A DNA stretch of 64,000 nt. Origin: Amoebophrya sp. A120. Taxonomy: Eukaryota > Protista > Dinoflagellata. A program made the position numbers and the translations under genes. Position 1 is the first letter of the stretch. The number at the start of each line of letters is the position of its first letter. The stretch is taken from the NCBI GenBank assembly GCA_905178155.1, contig CAJINV010000013.1, positions 548,344 to 612,343 of the forward strand, given 5' to 3'. The notes under the pieces are model-generated. The model was not told where the DNA came from and ran no database searches. It worked only from the letters and a program-made list of their open reading frames with translations. Positions 47,142 to 59,800 of the stretch are shown here, in pieces.

Positions 47142-49742
47142 ATGGCGGCCACCACGGATCAGCTTGCCATCACGGACAGCAACATGCTGATGCAGGTGGC
47201 GCTCCGCGAAAACAGCTCGACCGCGATCGAGTCCGCCGACAAGGTCCGCAAGTCCCGTTTCGCCCCCATTGACCGGACGCTCTCCGCGCAGCAGACCCGG
47301 TGGGGCGCGGACGACGACAAGCCGTACAAGCCGCTGCCGTACATAGACATGCCGGTGGGGCTGTCGGACCAAGAAATGGATCAGTTTCTCCGGGAGCGCC
47401 GGCTGGAGGAGCTCACGAAGAACATCCGGGGCAACGTATCAAAAGGAAAAATTCCCCCACCCCATACTCAAAGGGAGATTTGTATAGCATGATTTGTGAT
47501 CACAAATCGCGTTGTCATGCTAGAAGGGAAGAGATGCAGATTTTAGTGCTGGCTGGCGTGGGAAAGCTTTGCGTCTTCAGCATGACAGGAAGCAACTGGA
47601 AACGGGAAACAGCATGACAAATTTCCTGCAAACGAAGGAACAGTTGCGTCTTTTGGCCTTCTAGCAATACAAGTTGATTTATGGTCACAAATCAGCATCA
47701 CAAATTTCCTTTTTGATATGGGGAGGGGGGATTTTTCGTTTTGATACAACGTGCTGGAGGACGTGGACCCGGACATCCGGCCACCCAGCCCCCCGCCGGT
47801 GTACGACCGGAACGGGAACCGCATCAACAGCCGGGAGACCAGAATCCGGAAGCAGATGCTGAACGAGCAGAACCGGCTCGTGCGGTACATGATGAAACAC
47901 GTGCCCGGCTACGTCGCACCCACGGACTTCCGCCCGCAGAAGCTGGCGAAGAAGCTGATCCTGCCGCTGGAAAAGTACCCCAACGCGCCCTTCGTGCAGG
48001 TCATCATCGGCGCGCGGGGGGCCAACCACAAGAAGCTGCAGGAGCTCACCGGGTGCCGGATCATGATCCGCGGCAAGGGCATGGACGAGAAGCAGAAGTA
48101 CCAAACGGACGAGGACGCGGAACTGCCCCAGCACGTGCACATCGAGGCGGACCACGAGGAGCAGATCGCCATGGCCGAGACGTTAATCAAACCCTTGCTG
48201 AACCCGGAGACCAAGGAGTTCGTGGAGGCACAGGAGCTGGGGCTGCAGGTGCTGGCCAAACAGAACGGGTTCACGGTGGCGTTGCACGAGAAGCGGTGCG
48301 GGATCTGCCAGGCCATTGGGCACACGTCGGACCAGTGTCCGGAAGCGGACGGGTCCGGGTGGAAGATGGCGGAGGTGCGGTGCGCGATCTGTGGCGACCG
48401 GGGGCACCCGACCAGCGACTGCCCCATGAAGATCTCGGAGGGAATCCAGGAAAACATCAACTGGAAGGCGGAGGCCGCGAAGAAAATGGAGGCGGACAAG
48501 CTGTACGCAGAGATGATGCAGGAATTCAAAACCCCGATGGATTTCGACAGCATCGATTCCGCGAAGCAGAGGGAAAAGGACTTTTTGAACAAAGCGAGAC
48601 CGGGCTTGGGATTTTCATCATCTGCTGGGAACAATAAGGATCCAATTTGCACCGAGGTTGGCGGCGGAGTTAGTACTACCGCGGCAAGTGGTGCAGCAAC
48701 GACGTCCGGGGTTGCAGGGGTCACGACCAGTAAAGCGGGGGCTTTTGTGACAGCAAGCAGCGCGAATACGTCCTGTGGTGGGACCGCTGCGGGGGGTCCT
48801 AGCGACTACAATAATGATGGGCGACAAGGAGTTCCGCCAGCGTCTGGTAATATTTCTGCGAACGGGGGCACATCAACCTCTTCCGCGAGTAATGTCGCCG
48901 GATTCAATGCCCCGCCCGCCGCGAAACACGCTCCGCAACAGATCAATGGAACAGCGACAGCAGGAGCGAATGGTGCCGACTCCGGCGCAGAAGCAGGAGC
49001 AACGTCATCAGGCCCGCACTTAACGACGCTTTCCACGCACACGGACTACGCAATGGACACGTCCCTCACGATACGGAAGGACCTGTGCAGTTTTTTCATC
49101 GGTGCGAAGGGCGCGAACATTCACGCACTGAAGCGGGAGGCGGGTTGCGAAATCAATCTGGAGCGGGCGGACAATCCCGACGGGACGAAAACCATAAAGA
49201 TTTCCGGCAACACCGAGCAGCGGGAGAAGGCAAAACAGCTCGTGCTCACGGCCATTGAGGACGCGAAACAGGCCCAGCAGGTGATGGCGAAACGGAAGGA
49301 AATGTCGATGGGCATCGACAGGGGCTGGTCTGGTTCTGGTGGGGAGAAAGGCAGTAGCTCCTCCTGGTCGTCGAACAAGGACCACGGCGAGTTCGGCAAG
49401 GGGAAAGGGAAAATGAACAGCTTCGGAGGTGGGGGCAAAAACAGCTGGTACAATCACCGAAACAACAAGGGCGGCGGGTCGAATCCGTACGGGAATTTGC
49501 CGGGCGGCGGCTTCGGCGGCATGCCGGGGGCCTTGCCCGCGTTTGCGTTCGGGCAACAGCAGCAGATGCAGTACCAGCAGATGCAGATGCAGCAGCAGAT
49601 GATGTACCAAATGCAGATGAATGCCATGTACGGCCAGCAACAGGCTGCGGCCGCAAACATGCAGCAGGGCATGCAGGGGCAGCAGCAGATGGGGCAACAG
49701 CAACAGCAACTGCCTGGGAACAATAACAGTGCTGCTGGGTGA
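47142..49742 (+). CDS. SF1: Splicing factor 1 / branchpoint-binding protein with an extra C-terminal KH domain; exons 47142-47436, 47752-49742
   Basis: TRWG (ULM-like), RPPSPPPVYDRNGNRINSRE, KH IIGARG..IRGKG, QUA2-like LAKQNG, two CCHC knuckles, second KH FIGAKGANI, Q-rich tail. Confidence 0.93.
47437..47746. mobile_element. Introner family D (310 bp), TSD caacg
   Basis: TIRs and body homologous to 40863; excision gives GN-VLED. Confidence 0.95.
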
Positions 49743-50509
49743 GTTCCTCCACGTTGGAGCAGCAGAAGCTGTAGGGCGGTAGTAGCATCTGTTGCAAGAA
49801 TCACTGGCACAGTTCCATAATCTGCGATACATTTATCATTACCCAAGACCTGCTCATCGTCTTGTTGTGCTGCACCAAAAAAAACGGCCATCTTTTCAAC
49901 AGATCAGTACCACTACGCGTCGCGCTGTCAGGCATACGACAGGAAAATTCTGCAAGCGGTAGAGCTTGAAGTTCTCTTTACGTGTTCTCGTCTTCCCAGC
50001 GTGCAGTTTCTTTTTCTCGTACTTAGATTGTTGTTGGATCCCTCGTGAGGCTACAGGAGTAAAGATCACCGGCAAAGAACGGCAATTCTATTCCCCATGA
50101 CATGAATTCGCTGCCGTCGGTTCGCCTTTTTTCTTCGGTTTCAACATCGTGACTCGTATTGCTGATGCTGCTGTGTTGATGTACCGGAAAATAAGTGTCC
50201 GTCGTGTGTGACCCATGCTTCTCTGAGTGTTTTGAACGTATGTTCTATACACAGTTCAGGATCTTCATCTTGTTCTTGATCTTGCTTGTTCCGAAAGGAT
50301 CGGCCACTTCCCGTGAACTAGAACTACCTACAGAGTTCAAGTCTTGCCTCAGCCTCTACTGTCTTCAAGTTTGTATAACCGACCACAGTCACACTGACCA
50401 AAAAAGTCTCAAGCACGGTATCATCAAAAGGACCGAACACCATCGCCTTACCGTACGTACCTACTTAGTTTATCTGTTAGTGTCTCAAATCGCAGCGAAA
50501 TTACTGAGG

Positions 50510-52728
50510 ATGCGGCCGTGGCAGGTAGCATTCTCACCATGGGTCGTCTCGATCGCGGTTTTGCTGTTCATCATGGAAATTAGTTTCGGCCAGCTGCACG
50601 GGGGAAAGACGAAGAGTGTAATATTCGCAGAAGCAACTGCCACTTCGCCTGCGGCTACTAGCACAAGGACAGCAACGACGACATTGGCAAAAAGACAGAC
50701 AAGCGGAGCTGGAGGTCAGCTGGTCGCGAGCAAAGATGTAGACGATATACAAACTTCACCTGCAGCTCCTTCGTGGGAGCCTTCAGGTTTTGCGCTCACC
50801 GACGAGGCGAGGGCGTTTTTGGATTCGTATGTGCAGTGGTATAACGACGTGCTGGCGTGGTCAACAAAAAGTACGACGACTACTTCGCCCGCAGGACATA
50901 ATTCTGATGCAAGCAAAAGTGCGTCCTTATCTACTTTTTCAAGCGAACTCGTACAACCATCGTTCAATTTCACCAGTGTGGCTTTCAGTCTTCACAACGG
51001 CATCGGGGACTGTCTAACCCTAGGAAGGGATAGCTTCATGCAGCTTTTGTGGCGCTCCGTTGTCTTGCTGCGCCAGGAGGGGGACGACACGAGTGAGGAA
51101 AAAAGCGAAAATGATGAAAAGCAGAGCGAGATGAAGGGAATCCTGTCGCAAGATAAATTCAAATTCCAGTACCACCTCCGCATTGGCCGCATGCAACGCG
51201 GATGGCGCACAGACAGTTGGCCAACCGCGTGGGAGGTCGGCCTCGCGCCGCGGTTTCCGCTCCTTGGCTACTGGCCGAATCCCAAGTGCGACATGGGAAA
51301 GAAGGAGTTCGCAGAGGTAAGTGCGCAGGAGATAGAAAGACAAAAGGAAATATTGAAGTCGTCCAGTGTAGTGGGGCTGGAACAAAACAAAGAAAGCAAG
51401 GGAGCTGCACCAATTCAAGGCTCAGCTAAAGGAAGAAATCGACTACGAGTAGGCATGAATCAAATCCCGCCTGGGCTTAACGAGGTCAATACCCTTTTCT
51501 ACCTGTTTCTCCGACCGTCGCGAGCGGTTGCGCGGGCTGTGGAGACGACGCTGAAAGCGTGCAAACAGACAAGCAACTCAGCACCTACAGGGTCCTCGTC
51601 AACTACGACCACCTTCTCGCCGCCGCGTATGGGGCTGCACTTTCGGTCCTACCTCGTGGACAATCTACAGCCGGAGGAGTTTCGCGAGTGGGAGGAACGT
51701 GGTGAAGAGTGGCGCGTGGCAGGTGGCGCAGACATTTTCGAACGGAATATCGCAGCAGAAGTCACGAGGTGTGCGGACCAGCTCAGAAGCCCGTTTGCAA
51801 CCGGGGAGGAAAAGAAGGGAAATTCAAATCCTGTGATAGATCCGCCTGACTGTTGGTTCGTGACGGTGGATTCCGTGCGAGTAGCGGATATGCTGAAAAA
51901 ACGGTTCCCGGATAAGGTTATCCTCACAGACCTCGCGAACGAAAACAGTACCGGACAACAGGAACGGGCGGGCGTCAGCAGAATCTCAGGGAGCGAGTAT
52001 GGAGTGGAAAACCGTTCATTCACGACGTGGCACGCAACTATGAGGGGGACGAAGTCATGAGCGCTATAGGCATAGTCTTCTATGAAGATGCATCACTGAA
52101 GATTTATTGTGTGCAACGACGCCTGTTCCTGGTGACATGTATTGCTGATCCCCATGATGGATCGTGCTACGGCAAAACGTGTTTTCCCGTCCACATTGGA
52201 GGCAACGGGTTCGGGCGTTCCCAGGCCGAGCTCGACGAGATGCAGTCGCAAGCCAAACGCGCCTACACCAAAATGTTCGCGGACTGGTTTACATTGCGCG
52301 AAATGCCAGCTCTTGCGGTGTCGGAGGGCTCCTACTTTTCGGCCACAGCCGCCAAGCTGCGCGACGTGCCGCTTGACAAGCGCAACACGACCCAGATCTG
52401 CTCCATCTCGCCCTGCGCGCAGGCGACCCTGGACGTGCTGGCCCTTGCGGAGGCCGAAGAAATCACCATTGCTGCAGCGGCGAGGAAGCTCTATGATCTC
52501 GTGGAAGAACAAAAACCCTCCGAAGCGAATGCAAAAACTGGCACGCCGAGAACCCGTCGGGCCTTTTCGCCCTGGAAACAGCGGAAGAAAATTGATGTTT
52601 TCGAAACATGCGGCTTATTGAACTACGGTGGCAGGAGAACGGTGGACAGCGCAGTGCAGGCGGGGCCTCCTGGTGTTGATCTTCAGAAAGCAGGAAATAA
52701 GGAGAAACCTCGTGCAGAAGAACTCTGA
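50510..52728 (+). CDS. Type II membrane fucosyltransferase-like (GT-B) protein; exons about 50510-51997, 52201-52728
   Basis: N-terminal TM; MGLHFR, WFVTVDS and ADWFTL..LAVSEGSYFS resemble motifs I-III of alpha2/alpha6/O-fucosyltransferases. Confidence 0.65.
51998..52195. mobile_element. Degenerate introner (198 bp)
   Basis: tatggagtggaaaaccgtt / aacgtgttttcccgtccaca inverted repeat; removing element plus 5 nt joins the two ORFs in frame; TSD eroded. Confidence 0.6.
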
Positions 52729-53872
52729 AGGCCTAGTAGGAGAAGCAGTCGTGATAATTGGTGCGAATCAATGTCATGATTGTAAAAGCATCAATGCGCC
52801 AGAAGTCCACCGCAGTCGTGAGGAATTTTGATCAAATGAAGACTCACTGGTCGCAACAAAGCAAAGGCGACGTGTGTTCTGGTTGCTTACTGTCACGACG
52901 AAGAAATTTGTCCACGTGCTTCACAGCGCACAACGAAAGATATTTGGTACTTGATGTCAAAGTTGAAAGCACGAAACATCCCGGAAGATGGACATGTCGT
53001 TACCGAAAGAAAGCTCCCAGGGTGCCTGTTGCCAGGGGACAAGGATCTTCTGTGAAAAGAAAAGCATGAATAGCTGCTATGGAAGCAGTTGCTGATCTGG
53101 TAATTCAAGTAGAAGCAGGAGGAAACGCAAGGATGCTTCAATGTAATAGCGCCAGGTTCTTCTTCTAGGATATCTCTCTATTTTCACGTAATCCAGGCCG
53201 ACCACTTTTCATCTTTACACATAGGACTAGGAGACCGCAGAACATTATTTCTCCACCATCGTAATGTTACTATATTTTTCAACACCCGAAAACTCAGTAG
53301 GTACGATGTTACAGATTGTCTTAGTTCAGCCATTCCGTAGAAGATCTGGAAGATGGTGTAAAACGTCACAGGAAATAAAGATTGACAAGGATGAGCTTCC
53401 TGATCGTGATGTTGTGAGCGCCAGCATGGGTCGTTAGCTGCTAGATCCTAGCGTGCGGTGCAGTGCCGCCAAGGCCTTTTCGGGAGGCGGTGCTTGATGT
53501 CCTCCTCCGGGGATTATATGTCCTTAATCAAGAAGAAGAAAAAAGCCAAGAACCGCCTGAATAAGACAATAACCTGAAACTCCACCCTCGTCTGAAGCAA
53601 CCCCAGCGGGGGTTGTGGTGCTCTTTTGCGGCCGATACGGAATCGTCCGTCGGTCGTGTGAGAACGAAGCACAAGGCTCACAGAAGGCGAACGACGTTCC
53701 TTTGGGGAGATAAACCGCTCGCTCCTCCTCGTCCTCTTGGACAGAGTGAAGAATCTCACATCAACGTAGAAGTCGTCGTACGACGAGATCTGGTAAGTAG
53801 TTTCTCCTGTCCTTGATTTCAGACTCGCTTTTGGGGACGTCGTCCAGGACGACTACTTCCATCCCCAGCAAG

Positions 53873-56800
53873 ATGCCGATGTTTAAACAAATGCTGTTTG
53901 GCAGCGGGGACGAGCACCAGAGCCCAAACACGGACGACAACGAGCTGACCAACGAAGACATTTTAAAGAACCTCCTGGAGGAGAAGGAAACGGAGATTAA
54001 GGACTTGAGGCATCGCGTGCAGGCCCTCATGGATGCCATGCACAAAGATTCCCCGCGTGGGGAAGGGAAGACCGACGGTGGAGCCACCGATTTTCTCACG
54101 GAAAACGTGGCGCTGAGGTACTAAAAAGTGTACTCTAGTAGCGTTTAAAAGTTCTTGCATAGTATCTTTCGGCAACATTGACGAAACGAATGAAATGTGA
54201 TGTGCGATGTTTTGTACTGTAATTCTTGGCCTGTTGCTTATTTGACTGCCTATGGCGCTGGCGCACTCGCACACGATACTTACGAGGCACGAAGACCATT
54301 TTCACGCATGCGTCACGTCAACCAAAACAGGGAAGCCCTGGCGCAGGCCCAACAGCAACTTTCTGAGGTTGTCATGGGGACAAGCGATAGGAGCGCCCCC
54401 GGAGTGGACAATAGTGAGGCGATGAAGCAGGTCACATACTGGAAGGGAAAATGGGAAGAGAAGGAACAAGAGGTACTTACGTAAATTTCTACATGCTGTT
54501 TCTTGATCACGACAGTAACACTTTCACTCCTGCGGCTGCTGTGTTTTAACTCTTTTTGCTTTAAGTATACTTACTCGAAACTCGAATACCGACCCAGGGG
54601 TAGTTGTTTCTATCAGTCCCGTTATCTTCGAAAAACATAAAAAACCATCAGAACGTCCGCCTTCTGTCCGAGAATACGGATTTCCAGGCCCAAATTCAAT
54701 CCCTTCAAGCAGAAAACGCCCAGCTTCGCGACTCCGAGCAACGGGCAGTTGCAGCGCTTGAAGCGGCCCAAGCCGCGGCTGCGACTGCAGCCGTTGCCGT
54801 GCCGGACAGGGCAGAGGTTCCCACCGTAACAAGTGCGGCCGCTCCTTCCAAGAAGCAAGATGACAATGACGTGGACGGCTGGGGCGATATTGACGATGAC
54901 GAAGATTTGCTCGCAGCAGCAGCGACCGAGAGCGACATCAACAAGAAGCATTTTCAAGCAGCGCTCGGGAAGGAGCCGAAAAACGCGGCCGACATCCGTT
55001 CCGAGGAAATCGAGAAGTTGACCGCGCAACTGGACATCCGCTCCGCCGAAGCCGTATGCATTGCAAAAGTATCGTACTCGTAGAAATGCATGACAAATTT
55101 CCTTAGCATGAGAAATAAAATTTGTAATGCTGATTTACCTGATCCTGAACAAAAAGATTTGTAATGCCTGATTGCAATACGAGTACGATACTTTTGCACA
55201 GGATAAGCCGAGGAGCTGCGGATCGCTGCCTCGAACTTTCTGGAACAGATATCAAATGCAAAAATGTCTGGGTCTGGAAGATTGCAACTTCAACTTGTCA
55301 TGCTAAATTTGCAGCATGCAAAAATCTGTGTTGCATGATTACCAAAAGTCGCCCAGTTTTCTTTGACCAAGTCGGGAGGTAGTTTCTCATGCAGGATAGG
55401 CATTAATAAGGTCTCGCAGAGTCTGTCATGCTAGGTCCTGCATTCCAGACCTCATGGGTCATGACAAGTCTCGAATCCTTCCAGACCCAGACATTTTTAC
55501 AGTTGATAACAAAAGAGGGACTACGAAAGCACGATCAGCGATCTGCAGCGGAAGCTGCAGGGCGATGGGGCGCAGAAGCAGGAGATCGCGAACCTGCAGA
55601 GCAACGTGGAACTGCTAGAGTTGGAAAACGGTAATTTGAACAAAGAGAACACAGAGCTACGAAAAGAGGTGAAACGACTGGAAAGCGAACAGAAGGAGGT
55701 TGGTGGTCGTGTTGTAGCAGCAGCGGCCACGACGACCGCAGCCACCGTTAATGTAGTTCCACCTGCACACCAGCCCCCAGTTCCGCGCAAGGATTTGTAC
55801 GTTGCCAAAACCGCGATTGAGCTGGACCAGTTTTCGATGGAGGAACTCCGGGAAGAGTTCGAGGAAGTGCAGGAGATTCTGGAGATTGAGCAGGGCGCGA
55901 CCGACAAACTCCGGGCGGAAATCGCGGATCTGCAAAACCGGCTTGTGGTTCTCGCAGCTGCTCCTTCGACGACCGCCGCGACTAGTTCTTCCAGCCCCTC
56001 GAAGTCCTCGAATATATCCGGCGGTGGAAATACCAGTAACAACGCGAGCGGTTTATCCTTTGCGCAGGAAATGGAGATGCAAAAGTTAAAATCGGATTTG
56101 ACGGAGGAGAAAAAGAAGAACACCGAGTTGATCCGACAACTGAATCTGCTCGAAGAGGAGGTGGAAAAGAGGGCGCAGGAGGTCCGGAGCCTGTCCAAAA
56201 GCAACCCGCCGAGTCCGAGCCACGCGACGGGAGGCGTTGCAAATGGTGCAACTTCGTCCACCGACCAAGTTTCGACCACAGGAGCAGGTGCAAACGCGAA
56301 GCAGCCACGGGTGTCCGAGGATGGCTGGGGCGACGATGCCTGGGGAGATGATGACGATGAAGACGCTTGGGGGGACGACAATGTCGACGTAGCTCCGGTT
56401 GTAGCAGGTGCGGGTTCATCTTCGGGCGCAAAACCTGCTGCAACTGTGCCAGCAGCACACGACCAGGAGCCAGCTGCCGCAATACAAAACCCGAATGATC
56501 TTCCTGTAACGTCGTCGATGCAACAAGCGTCAGACGGCGATGGTTGGGGTGACGATGACGACGCGTTTCCCTTCGAAGACGAGGACAAAACGGCCAAGGC
56601 GGTGCTGGAGACCTTCAACATTGCGAGTCCGGAGGAGGGTAACACGCCGTTGGGAAGTGCGACGGGTGCGGACGTGGGCAAAATGCTGGCCGGAATGGTG
56701 AAGGTGGAGGAGCTGCAGGTCGTGCAGCTGGATTTGGAAGAGCAAAGGAGACTCGTGAGCCATTTGAACATCGAATTGGAAAAAGCGATGCAGGAGGTAT

Positions 56801-59800
56801 AGGGTTTTTAGAATGGTTTTCATTTTCCTCGCTTTCTTTCATCTGTTACTGTTTCCAGTATGCATAGAAACATTCCCGAAGCTCGCATCTATAGCTGTTT
56901 GTCGGTCGAGTCCGTGATGAAGATGTGGCATGAAGTACTTACTTCTTAGTTGCGAAAAAAACGAAATCAACCTCCCACCAGGTCCGCAAACAGGAGCAGA
57001 GCCAACAAGCCGCCACCACCTCTCTTGCCCGGGTCGAGCAGTTGGAGATCGAACTGAAGGACAAAATCTTCAACTTCGACAGATTGGAGAAGGAAAACAG
57101 CGCCCTCGTCGAGCAGAACACGTCCATGACGCAGAACATGGATGCGCTGGCCTTGAAATTCGAAGAATTGCAGCGGGAGAACGAGAGTTTGACGCAGGAA
57201 AAGCTCGCGATGAACCAGCAGAGCATACCGATGGAAACGTCGCAGATTTCGGAAGCCTCCTCGGTGCAGGACCTGACGCAGGAGAAGGACAAATTAATGG
57301 ACACGCTCACAAGGATAACAACCGAACTTGCCGAGAAGGAAAACGTGATCGCCAAGCAGGAAAGTGATGGGAAATTGGCGGAAGAGGTACGAGGTTTGGT
57401 GATTGTGTTTGATGAAAAAGAATGAGGTTGTCTTTATGTTTTGTTTCACATTTCCTTGCTTGCCCTTCCAACCCCAAGTCGCGATTGAAATTGCTACATG
57501 ACAAAAACACTTCAAACATCATTCCATGCCTTAGGCCCTCGCCCTGAAAACCGCGGAAGTCGACAAGCTCAAATCGGAGCAAGACGCGTCGAAGCAGGCG
57601 TTTGACCTCGAGTTGGACGCCTTGCGAGAGACGAACGGCCTACTGGAAACCCGGATCGAGCAGCTGCGGCAGGATTTGGAAAAGGAACACAAGCAGGCAC
57701 AAGAGGTGATAAGTGTCGCTGCCGTGAATGCGAACGCATCTAGCACTACAGGTGGTACGGTGAATGCAGTCGAGGTTCCGGTTGAAGTCGAACCAGTGAA
57801 GAACATGGCCGGTGCAGATGCAAAAGATCCATGGGCCGATGTGGAGGACGATGACGGGTGGGATTTCGGGGACGATTCCCCGAAGGAGCAAGCACCGAAA
57901 AAAACACTTGAAGGCTCAGTTCCGACTGCCGCAGCTGTGGTGCAGCCCCCTGATCAAACGGAAGAGGTGGAATCTTTATCCCAAGCTTCCGCTTCTGCTG
58001 CTCTACTCCAGCAGAATCACGACAAGCTAGCGAAGCAGGTTGACGAACTTGTCGCAGAAAAGACTGAGCTCTTGGCGCAGCAGGCGACGCTTTCTTCCCA
58101 GCTTGAACAGCTAAAGGACGAGAGGGGAGAGATTTTCCAAGAAAAAGAAAGGATAACTGAAGAGAATATCGAGTTTAACAACAAGCTGTCCACGCTCGAA
58201 ATGACGGTGCGCGAACAGCAAGAGAAACTTCGCCTGTTGCAAGAAGAGAAATCTTCGTCATTACAAGCGGGACCACCACCAGCCGCTGCAGCAAGCCCCG
58301 AGACAAGCACAAGCACTACGTCCGCACCTCCTGCTCCAGAACCGAAAAGCGCTACAGTGCCCGAACCTGCACTAGAAGTAGATGATGACGGTTGGGATTT
58401 CGATGACGAGTCACCAGCGAAGACTGGCTCAGCAGGAGGAGAGCTACTACCCCAAGAGGGGGCTCCTGCTGTTCCTGTTGCACCAGCAGTGGCAACTACA
58501 AGCTCAGCATCCTCCAAGGTACCGCAAGACCCTCTTTCCGTTTCAGTTGAATCCCGGCAGCCGTCGAAGATCCGGTTATCAGAGGACTCCACGCTCGACT
58601 GGAACGAGAAGGCGCCTACACCCGCGAAATTAGAGGCGAAATTGAGAGAGACGGAAATGCGGTATGAGGAATTGCGGGGAAAATTCTCGGACTGTGAGAA
58701 GGAGTTTTTGGAGAGTTCTTCTCAGAAAGATAAGCTCCTCGCGGAGAAGACGGAAGAGGTATTGGAGAAGGAGCAGGAGCTGCGGAAATTGGAAAAATTA
58801 TTGCTAGAACAAAAGGAAGAACAAGTGGCTAGCGAGAGGGCAAATCAGGCCAAGGCGAGCGAGGAGCGTGCAGCCGCTGTCGCGGAGAATTGTGCAGAGT
58901 TGGAGAAAAGATTCGCAAGCGAAAAGGACAAATTGCTAGACGAGAAAAATTTGGAAATTTCGGCGAAAATCGAAGAAGCGAAAGTCCTGAACAGTCTGCT
59001 ACAGGAGAAGGAGGAGCAGTTGGCTGTTCTGGCGAGCAAGCAGGATGCGAACGCCGCGGAGCAGCAGACTGCGCTTGCTGCCTCCACTGCGGAACTCGGG
59101 GCGAAAACGGAGGAGGCGAAGGAACTAGCGGCTTTGCTGAAAGAAAAGGAGGAGGCGCTAGCACTCGCACAGATGCAAGTCGCTGACGCAGCGACTGCGA
59201 ATGGCGCAAGTCTTGCGGAGAAAGACGCTGAGATCGCAGAGAAGGACAGTGTATCAAATGTAAAAATGTCTGGGTCTGGAAACTTGTGATGCTGGGTGGC
59301 GTCTCATGATGAGGCCACAAATGCTGGCGCAGCATCACAAGTTTCTGAGCTTCTAGGTGTTGCCTATTCTGCATGACAAACTGCGTTTCTGCATCACAGA
59401 AAAGCGAAGCTCTTGGGTAACGTGCGTGACAGATTTAAGAGTCATGCCAGACAAGCATGACAAACGTGCATTCTTCCAGACCCAGACATTTTTACATTTG
59501 ATACACTGAGATCGCGGAGAAAATCGAAACGATGAAGCAACTCTCGGAGCAGCTGCAGACGCTGGGAGAGGAGCTAACAACGGCGAAAAAACAAGTGGAA
59601 GCGTTCGCTGCGGAAAAACAGTCCGCTTCTGCGGAAAAGGACGAAGAATTGACGCAGAGAATCGAGGAGGCGAAGCAGCTTTCGCAACTGCTGCAGGAGA
59701 AGGAGGAGGAACTTGCAATGGCCAGCATGCAAGCGGACGACAGCGAGGCGGTGCGGGAGAATTTGCGTGAAAAGGAACAAGAGCTGGCAAAGAAAACTGA

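Noticed and set aside
52040-52157. Intron bounded by atga repeats and gggga/tcccc
   Set aside because: Removing 114 nt would not switch to the frame holding the fucosyltransferase-like motif III; the wider 51998-52195 IR does.
1245-59790. Recurrent peptides MSGSG, NVWVWK, KGKIPPPH and SGVGTFLLRI in many ORFs
   Set aside because: Translations of introner TIRs, not protein domains.
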